The notes beneath the pieces were generated by a model. It searched no databases, had not been told where the DNA came from, and was given only the letters and a program-made list of their open reading frames with translations. DNA of 64,000 nt from Vicugna vicugna. Its lineage: Eukaryota. Where the stretch lies: contig MU057398.1 of assembly GCA_013265495.1 (NCBI GenBank), positions 558,001 to 622,000 on the forward strand, in the 5' to 3' direction. Shown in pieces: positions 50,201-64,000 of this stretch; positions within the stretch are counted from its first letter, which is position 1; each line of letters begins with the position of its first letter. The position numbers and the translations under genes are program-made.

Positions 50201-53200
50201 TGACCCAGATGCAGCCCAAGTAGCCCCTTCCAAGGGCCAGGATGGGGTGGGCGCCACTTTAGCCCTGGAATCAGAACCCTGTCTGTCTCATCAGACTGTC
50301 TAAGGACCGTTGGTCACTCAGCCCCTGTCAGTGGCAGCATCAGCCACCCTCTGCAGAGCTCAGCAGGACCAAGGCACAATCAGAGACAAAAGACACAGGG
50401 AGCAAGTCTGCTCCCACTGCTGGGGCCTTACGATCACTTGGAGAGCCTTTCAAAGGTCAAGGGACGCACGTCTCCACATCAGCGTTGTTGGCTGTGCTCC
50501 CTCGCGGCCTCCCTGTGTGCACGAGGTCAAGGACCACTAGCACAGAAGTCAAGACTTGCCCCTGGGGTCATACTGGGCAAGTTCACTACTCTGAGCCCTG
50601 GTTCCCCCTCTGTGAAATGAGTGATGACAGCACCCACCTCCCAGGCCAGAGAGCCTTAGCGCCATTCCCACCTGGGTGGGGCAGAGGCCGTCAGCATCCT
50701 GGAAGTAGAAGAGGCCTCCATGCTCAGGGTCCCATCCAGAGCGGAAAGGCAACAATAGGAACTTGTCGATAACGTGGGCTCGGAGCGCGGGGTCCCCTCT
50801 TCGGTGGGTGTGGCGGAGCAGGAACCAGCCGGCTTCCAGGGCGTGGCCTGGTGAGGACTTGGAGTGAGGCCGGCGGTGGCGGTGGTCCTCCCCCAGGTGG
50901 GGGCGCTTGAGCCCTCGTTCTGACCGCTGGCTTCCTTCCTATCTGCCTAGCAGTGGGGGCTGCTCTGAGCTCCCCAGTCTGACTGCCACTCCCCTGCAGA
51001 GAGCTTGCCCTCCCAAGTCTGTCCCAGAGTCACTCTCCTGCTGCTAACACTCCAGCATGAGAGGACTGTCCCCCCTTCTCTGCCTGCCCCTCTGTGGGCA
51101 GCAGATGGAGGGAGGAAGGCAGTCCCCAGGCACTGCCTACATCTGAAGCCCAGAACCCAAGGCGGAGTGCTCCCTTCTTCCTGGGTGGCCTCCCAGCCCA
51201 CCCTGCCCCTCACCTGGGTTCTGGTGTCTCCCCAAGCAGCCAGAAAGTTCCTCCCCATCCTCAGACACATGCTCCAGCACAGCCTGCCCATCCCTCTGCC
51301 AAGGAAGCAGTAGAAAGTAGTTCTGCCTTCAGCACCTACCCTCCCTTGCCCCGCCTTGTCCCATCATCCCACCAGAAAGATGCCTCTTCCCCTCCCCCAC
51401 CCCCCTCCCTCCCGGATCTTCAGGCTTGCGGGGCCTGGCTCAGAGGGGCATTTGAGGTGGAGCCAATTCACTCCCAAGGGTCTGGGCCAGTTCTAATCCT
51501 TGCTTTGAGCCTCAGCCCCTTGATGTGAAAAGGGCAAAACATTGAACATGGACAGAGATTGGGCAGACTGGGCTGCCCACAGAGGCCTGGGACAAACTTG
51601 GGTCTGGCCGCATTTCCTGCTCTGTGGGGCCCTGGCATCCACCCTCCTGCCCTCACCGCACCCGGCTCCCCCGGGGCCCTCCTCCACCTTCTTGAGGGTC
51701 CTTGGCCACACCTCACCCCGGCGGAGCCTCCCCAAGTTTCCCTGTCTGTAAAGGGGTCCATCGGGGCCCAGTGCAGGGTGGATGTGGGCAGAGGAGGGGT
51801 CGCCCTGCCCCCAGCTCCCCAGGCCCTGTCAGGCAGTTGGTATCAGCCTCCAGCCCCCACCTGGACGTGCTGCAGGACCCTCTGAGCGCACCAGTCCCCC
51901 AGCTCTGCGTATTTGACCGCCAGCTCCTCGTCCTCCTCCCCGAGCTGGTCCACCAGGTTGAGCAGCATCATGGGCACTGCCATGGACTCCGTGGCCGGGG
52001 CCCCAGGGAGCTGGGGCCGGCCCAACCCAGAAGGGTCCTCACGCACCCAGTGTATGATCTGATCCATCATCTCCACTGCTTCACTCTGGGGGTTGGGGAG
52101 GGGAGGTCCAGACTGAGGCTGCATCCCACCCAGCCTGGGCCCCCAGGTCCTGACCTGCTGGGCCCCCAGGGCTTGGCCCTGGGGTGGGTGAGCCATCTCT
52201 CCCCACCCACTCATAGGACACCTTCACCAAGGCCAACTCTGGGCCTGGGCCTGGGTTAGGTCCTTGGGGCAGGTTGGGCCTGCCCTACCCTGCCTCAGGG
52301 GTTTCCAGTCTGGGGATGCAGACCACTCCCAGGCCTCGAGGTCAGGTTTGAAAGCAAAAGGGGGCCCAGGGAGGAGGGAGCAGCCCCCTCCCATCCAGGG
52401 CCAAGCACGCATTAGTCCCTCAGAAACTGAGCAGAGCCCTGCAGGGCCTTTCTGGGAATAGACCACTTGTCTCCTGTGTCTTGTTTGTAGAAAGGCTTTA
52501 GCCTTCTAGGCCTCTCCTGAGTTCCAAAAAGCACATTTAATCAGAGAAGTGAGAAGATGTAGACACAAAGGAAAACAGTCAAGCAAGACGAAAGAATCAT
52601 AATTTAGCCATTAAAGAAAGTCAAGGACCTTTAATTTAGTTCCTCCCCAAGGGCTAGAGGCAATATTCTGAGCCATATCCTTGAGTTGCTTTGCAGGTAC
52701 TGAAACCCCCACCAGGTGGAAGAAGATAACTGCGTGCTGACCACCAGCTCCTTGACCCCAGACTGGTCAGAACCAGAAGGTTGATGATTGAGATTCTGAA
52801 ACATCACCCTGTTACCTTATTACCAACCAATCAGAGAATTGTGCATGAGCCGATCACAGACACAGTGACTCTCTTCCTAACACTGTTTTTTAAAACTCTT
52901 CCCTGAAAGACATCCAGGAATTCAGGTCTTTTGAGCATGAGCTGCCCATTTTCCTTGCTTGGCACCTGCAATAAACGCTGTACTTCCCTTCACCACAACC
53001 CGGTGTTAGTAGATTGGCTTTACTGCGAGTGGGCAATCAGACCCAAGTTTGGTTTAGTAGCATCTCTGTGCCCAGAACCCCTGTGGGTGGCTGTGGGCCT
53101 TGGGGGGGAATCACCCGTAGACACACAGTGACAATACAGCACAACAAGGGCCAGGGATGACCCTAGGCTGTGCAGGCTGAGAGGAAGGACTGCGGTGGAC

Positions 53201-54507
53201 GACAGACCCAGCTTGCAGACAGGACCTAGGGGACAGCACTGCCCAGCACAGGCGAGGGCATTGAGACTCTCAGGGCAGCCGTCCTCCTACGCACCTGGTA
53301 ACGTGCTTCCCCTGTCACTCTCCACAGCTCGTTCATGGCCATGGTGTAGAAACACTCGCTGAAGATGGTCCGCTGCACCTTGACCGGGCGGCCATCCCTC
53401 GTCAGCACAAAGGCACACTTCTTTGCAGGAGGTGCCACTCGGGCAGAATGCAGCAAAAATTCGCCACCTGGTGGTTGGGAAGCTGGCAGGCTAGAACTCG
53501 GGTGAGGACACCCCCCACCTCCCCTTCCTCCCTACCTGTGAGCATACGCCACCCTTCCCTGCTTCTAGACCCCTCTAGGAACTAGGCACGCATGCGCTAA
53601 GTAGCATGGAGGGGCCTCTGGGGAGATGGGGACAGGGAGGGGTCACCTGCTCTAGCTGCATCCAGAAGCTCAGGGCGGCGGAAGCGCTCAAGCCTGCGGT
53701 ATAGGTGACAATACATCCACACCTGTAGGGGAGTGGAGGGACCACAGCTTAAGTGGTGAGCAGCACAACCCTCAGGGCTGGGGTGAGGGGGAGTCCTCTG
53801 TGCCCCTGTTGTGGGGGGAAGAGTGTGGAGCCGACCGGGACTTGGCTTCTGCCCCTGGGAGAGCTGCAAGCCTGAGCATGTCTCCTACCTGCCTCCCCTG
53901 CAGCCAGACATACTTGAGGTCATCATACACCTGGCCATCACGGCCAAGGCATGTGAAGAAGCCCCTGTGGGACATGCAAGTCAGATTCAGCTGAGAGCGA
54001 GGTGGGGATTCAGGAGGGGCAAGGACCCCCGCCATGGGCACCAGGAGGGCGAGGCGCACCCGTGCTCCTGGTCATGGGAGTGCTCCAACCAGAAAGCCAC
54101 CACCCGGTCCAGCTCCTGCCCCACACGCTCCTTCCAGGCCTGCAGAGTCTCTCTCTCCTTCTCCATTTCCTGGGGAAATTCAGACGTGGTGGCGCACCTT
54201 CCCCACAAACCTCCCCATCTGACCCGGGCCCAGATCCCTCAATGGATTCCTTGGTGCCCCAGGTCACCCCAGGCTCCAGTGGACCCCAGGGCTGCCTGAC
54301 CCGTGTCCCCTAGGCCCCCAGCCCTCGGGAGTCAGCCCTCAGGATTCCCCCCATCCCTGTGTGGGTCTGCCCTCCGGACAGAGATTGGCCCCAGGACTCA
54401 TCCCACCGTCCCAGGGACCCTCCAGGACAACACCCTCCCCGTCCTTCCCCCTGCCCCGCCAGGGGCCCAACACCACTTGCCTGCCACACTCGGAGACCGT
54501 CGCTCAT
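47280..54507 (-). CDS. RENBP: N-acylglucosamine 2-epimerase / renin-binding protein, 428 aa, 11 exons
   Basis: Exons 54481-54507, 54060-54169, 53889-53964, 53647-53722, 53295-53467, 51861-52085, 51214-51295, 50672-50847, 49880-50011, 47473-47560, 47280-47401 (1287 nt). [24 protein letters not shown]...KYVWLQGRQ...PGHALEAGW...KLWWPHSE...GCFHVPR. An alternative in-frame start is at 54166. Confidence 0.95.
47840..48020 (+). mobile_element. L1ME-like 3' end
   Basis: 'ccgtatcttgattgtgctggtggttac...gtgtatataaattgtacttcaataaa'. Confidence 0.6.
52420..53062 (+). mobile_element. ERV1-type solo LTR in RENBP intron 5, antisense to the gene
   Basis: AT-richer island with CCAAT (accaatcag at about 52826), TATA-like tttaaaa, AATAAA at about 52970, ending ...tagca. 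Confidence 0.7.
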
Positions 54508-57124
54508 CCCTCCCTCTCCTCCAGGAAGCCTGAGGGAGCAGATCGCGTCCCGTGACTGTCCCTCAGCTGACCCAGCCGCGCCCCACCCACCCCTCCCCCC
54601 AGGTTCCGCAAGACCCGGGGGCAGGGCCCGCGGCGGGGGCGGGACTTGGCTGGCGCGCGGCTCCGCCCCCACTCGCGACTCTTTGGGACCGCAGAGTCCG
54701 GTGGAGCCCCACGATGGCCTCTACTGATCGCCCTCCGCCCAAGATGGAAAGTGCTGGGTGAGCTGGCAGGATGGGCTGGGTCAGGTGGGAAGGGAGAAGG
54801 GGGAATGCAGTGCCATCTTTCCTCCTCAGGCCACCTCTCCCCAACTTGAGAGGGGCCCTGAAGGGGAGGGACAGGGCAGGGTGTGGGGCCCAGGTGCAGC
54901 AGGAAAGGGAACAGCCTGAAATACTTGAACCCTGAGGCCCCTCTGACCTGTGCCCCACAGGGTAGGCAAGTCTTCTCTAACAAAGCAGCTCCTCACCACC
55001 TGACTCCTTTGCTCAAGTAATGTGGCTGGAAGGCCAGACAGTAACTAGGCAGGTAAGAGGGGGCATCCTGAGACCTCTCTGCCCACCAAGTTCTCCAGGC
55101 CTATTTTCCAGTGCCCAGATCTGGTTTTTGTGGCTCTGTGACTGCCTGGCTAGGCAATCTGTCCCCAACTTCCCCCAACTAGGGTAGAATTATGTGGAGG
55201 GGGTGCCTTCCAGGGGCCAGAATACCTGAGGGCCCTGGGATCCCAGTGTGGCTCAGGGAAAACTTGGACCTCGGAGTCAGTCGTTCTGTCTTCCAGAAGG
55301 ATGGATTGTAGCCTGGCGCGTAGCTGAGCCTCCCTGCCTCATCCCTGCAGCTCTGGGACAGAGCGGCGTGGAGAGGGCTAGGTACCACGGCTCCCACTGC
55401 AGTGTGCTGGTGTCTCTCACAGTGGCAGCCTCCCTCCAGGCGATGGCTGCTTGGTGGGCAGAGCTCCTGCTGCGTGTTGGCCCTCTCAAGGCCAAACAAT
55501 TCCTCTTTGTGATGCTCAGGAATAAGACTGGCCTCCCTGGATGGCAGGTAGGTGCGTGCTGTAGCTGCTCTGCGTCCCCTCCACCCTCTGTCAGGCTTAG
55601 AGGGGTCCTGGCTTTGTGCCCAGCTGGGCTTCTGTCTGCCTGCCCCCGCTTGCAGATGCCTGTCATTCTCTATGGCATATCCCTTCAGGTCTGGCCTTCC
55701 CCTGCCTTCCCTGCACTCTGTCTCCCTCAGGCCTAGCTAAGGACAAGCCTTGGTATGTGGAAGGTTCCCAGGTTCCTATGGGGGCGTCCTCTGGCCCCGG
55801 GTCCACTGGACGGGCCCTCGGCCAGTCCCCAAGTGAGGACTGGCAGGCACGCCTCTCCCTACGCAGGCCTGTCACCAGGAGGCTGAGGATCGGGGTGCTC
55901 GGACTGAAGCCCAGTACTTTGGGATCAGCGCCAGACACTGCTGGTGTGGCCTTTGCCTTCCGGAGTGCCACACAAGTGAGCGTGGGGACAGTGGCGGGTG
56001 GGAGGGAAGAAACCCCCGAGGCGGACTTGCACCGGCCCCTTCCCTTCTGGGACGCTCCCCATGGACCCTCCACCCCAGCCGGCCCACGTCCTCCTGTCCC
56101 TGGGCACCCCCATGAGGCGTGAGGTGGCTGGGCTCTGTGGTGGGGAAGACAGAGCCATGGCGGCTTCTGGTGTCAAGACTGACAGGACTGCACAGGCTAT
56201 GAGACACCGTGAGCCCATTGGAGTCCCCGAGCCAAGAGGAGCTCGTTCTGAGAGGCTTCCCAGGGTGAGGTGGAATCGTCCAGGCCTTCCTTCTGCCCAC
56301 AAGCCCAAACTGCACGAGCACGAGCACACCCACAAGGCAGAGATGGAGGAGGCGGCTTTTGGTACCAGAGCGACTTGCCAAGAAGGGGAAATGGGGCAGG
56401 CGGGCTGTCCCTATCACAAGCACGGGGACCAGGCTGCAGTCCTCGGGCAGCCTTGCCCCGGCTCTCTGGGCCTCCTGCCTGGTTGGCACTGAGCAGTAAT
56501 TTTTTCCATCTAACACTGGCTACACCACCCACCCTAGTGATACCACCCCACTCCAATAGTGGGACTGTCACAGTTGGTTCAACAGAAGTTCTGCTGGTTC
56601 CCTTTTGGGGCCCTGGCTCACATGCGTGGAGTCAGACCAGAGGAGTCACTCCGGCAGCACCGGCGGGAGGCAGCCCATGGGCAACGCTGGTCTGTCCTGC
56701 AGAGTTGACACCCTGGCAGCCGCGAGCTTTCGGTGGGAACAGCCCTGCGCAACTGTCCCAAGGGGACTGGCGGCTGGTGACCTGCTAGGACTTTGCCCCT
56801 GGCCTGTCCTCTGGTCTGAGGAGGGAAGGTGACCTGGCCTCCACACAGAATAAGCAGCAGCTGCCCAGGGAGCCCTTGTCCTGTGCACTGCACCCTGGCT
56901 GCCACGGGATCTTTTGTGGGCGACCTGGTCCCAGTGCGGTGAAGCTCAGGACCAAGGCCACAGTTGGCAGAACTCTGAAACATGGGAAGCAACTGGGAAG
57001 CAGAATCCTGCTCACAGCAGGCCCTGCAAGCAAGAGGCTCCCAGAGGGTTTAGTGAGCCTTGGGGGCCCGGCTTCCCACGTCCAGCCTCGTCCTGTGGGA
57101 ATCCCAGACAGCACAACACAGCAT

Positions 57125-57149
57125 TTTATTTCAAAAAAAGTCTTTTAAT
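57125..57149 (-). terminator. HCFC1 poly(A) signals (ATTAAA 57144-57149, AATAAA 57125-57130)
   Basis: Tandem PAS hexamers followed by GU-rich sequence on the minus strand; implies a 3' UTR of about 2.0 kb. Confidence 0.75.
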
Positions 57150-59138
57150 TGTTCAAAATAGCACAAAACGACATCGCACTATGGTAATATTGAGTCACGG
57201 GGAGTTACTCTACAATAGATGAACGGGTGTACTGTTTTCAGAAACAAGAGAAATCAAAGGGCGCTCGGGAAGAGGGTGGGGGGAAAACAATGGGGCCAGG
57301 CGAGGGGGCTCCAAGGTGACTAAACATGACATTTTCCACAGCGAAATATACTATAATACAACAAACCAGAGGCCCCAGAGGGCATGGGCTGGGGGCGGGG
57401 GTTTGCAGAGGCCGGGGTCCCGCCAGCCACAGCTGCGTCTCCAGAGCAGAGATAGGGGGTCTGAAAAGATTGGCTGCTCGTTTTAAATCCTTCTGTGTGA
57501 CCTGCAAGCATCGCTCCTTACCTAAAGCTTGGGCATGGGGCAGAAAGCTGTCTCACTAGCCACTCCAAGCAGAGCCCCAAGCCCAAGTCTGGCCCTAGGA
57601 GGATGGGCCCAGCTTGGGGACTGCACTGCAAATTCATAGACTAGGTGACACCACACAACTTGCCCTCCTAGGCTGCCTCTGAGGCTGAGTTCCCCTCCAT
57701 CATGCACCCCCTTTCTTACAGCTTTGCCGCTGGGGGGGGGGGGCTGCAGGAAGTGGCGGTTGTAGGTGTCAGATGCCCTAAGCCGGTCATGCCAGGCAAG
57801 CGAGCCTGGGGGTCATGGAGAGTGCTGTGAACCCAGGACTGGGTAGCAGGCAGCAGCCCCACCTTCGGGCCATCCTCCTCAGAAACCTGGTTTCAGGCTC
57901 CAGCAGACTGGCAAGTTCAAGCCTCTAAGTGTGGAGCAGTTACCCCAGGGGAGTGAGGCCTGACAGTTCACCCTCCTTTGTCCCAGAGGCCCCGGGAAAG
58001 GCGAAGGGGTAGAGGGCAGGGGCCAGCAAGAGGAAATCGGGCTGGGTGGCAAACACCAGGCCCACAGGGGAGACTCCAGGCCTCTCCTGCCCCGGTTGCT
58101 CCCAGCTTTTCCTCCAGGAAAATCCCTGCCAAGGCTTGGCCAAGGAAGAAAAAAGTTAAAAAAAAAAAAAAAGATACACATTCTGTACACAGCTAACAAT
58201 AACAAAAAAAAAAAGGGACAAAACCCCACACACTAAGGCTAAAAATACAATAAAAAATGTTAACTTCATCAATTTCAACTTAAAAAAAAAATACAACAAA
58301 TGCAGCAGTTGGTGATGTGGCCCTGAGCCCCGACCCGGGGAGGCCGAGGCCAGGCTCGGTGGGGGCTTCTCTGTGCCCCAACTGGGAGTCAGGAGGTTTT
58401 CACAGAACACTGCTCAGGCCACCTCAGGGTTCCTTCTCCACCCCCCTTTTTTTTTTCTTTCTTCTCTTTTTTAAATGGAAAAGAAGGTGGCAGGGGAGAC
58501 GAAGGCCTCTTGAGAAAACGCGGCAGCTTTCAGTGGGACTGCAGGGCAGAGACGGGGTTGGATAAGCTGAGGGGCAGGAAATGCTAAGGTAACAAAATAA
58601 AATAGCAGACAGACACCCAGTCCCGGGTGCCCCGTAAAGCCTCTTGGAGCAGAGGCGGGGGACAGGGCTGGGGGGGCGCCTCTCCTTGGTCTCCAAGCCC
58701 GCCCCCCCAGGCCTTGGCTGCTCTCTCCAGCATGAGGGAGACAAACAGCATGAGGCGTGCAGGCGTCGGAGGTGCGTGCTTTCCATCGCCTTGGTTTTCA
58801 GTTTCTCCATCCCTCCCTTGAGGGCCTCCAGACTAGCTCAGCTCCCAGCTGAACGAAGGCCCAGCGCTGGGCCCAAGAGGGGAGGAAGGCACCCCGCGCT
58901 CTCACTTGCTCGCTGCTCTTCCATGTCCACCTTCCGCTTCCTCCCAACAGCAATGGTAAAATGTGCTTTCTTGAGATTATTTTAAAAACAGAGAGAGAGA
59001 AAGGGAGAGAGAACAGCAGCCAGTGGCTCTGAGGGTGAAGTGCGAGCGCCGGGCGGGAGGGACGGGCAGGCCCTGGCGGGTGGCGATCCTGAAGCAGAGG
59101 GGGGTCTGGAGAAGAGCCCAGGTGCCGGCAGCTGCTTC

Positions 59139-63937
<4,799 letters not shown>

Positions 63938-64000
63938 CTAACCGCCTCTAACTGAGCCCCAAGCCCCAGAAGATCACGAGTGCCAGGCTGGCTGCCTTCA

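Overview
Mammalian X-chromosome DNA orthologous to human Xq28, with gene order AVPR2(+), ARHGAP4(-), NAA10(-), RENBP(-) and HCFC1(-, 3' part only). Seven tRNA-Ala-derived SINEs of the Vic-1 type point to a camelid; the species is an inference. Positions 1-15,000 are a nested stack of L1, LTR and SINE relics. The rest is GC-rich and gene-dense. I assembled by hand complete, phase-consistent spliced CDSs for AVPR2 (371 aa), ARHGAP4 (22 exons, 954 aa), NAA10 (8 exons, 235 aa) and RENBP (11 exons, 428 aa), plus the last 9 coding exons of HCFC1. There is one 265-nt assembly gap. I found no evidence of a new multi-gene system. The notable signals are small-scale: a RENBP stop codon embedded in its poly(A) signal inside the NAA10 promoter, two GC-AG introns, an orphan CpG-island promoter, an IRF/GAS/ETS cluster in ARHGAP4 intron 1, AVPR2 substitutions and isoform sites, alternative HCFC1 acceptors, and a TSD-flanked rearranged L1 that may carry a 3' transduction. 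Comparisons with human or pig proteins are from memory and need verification by alignment.
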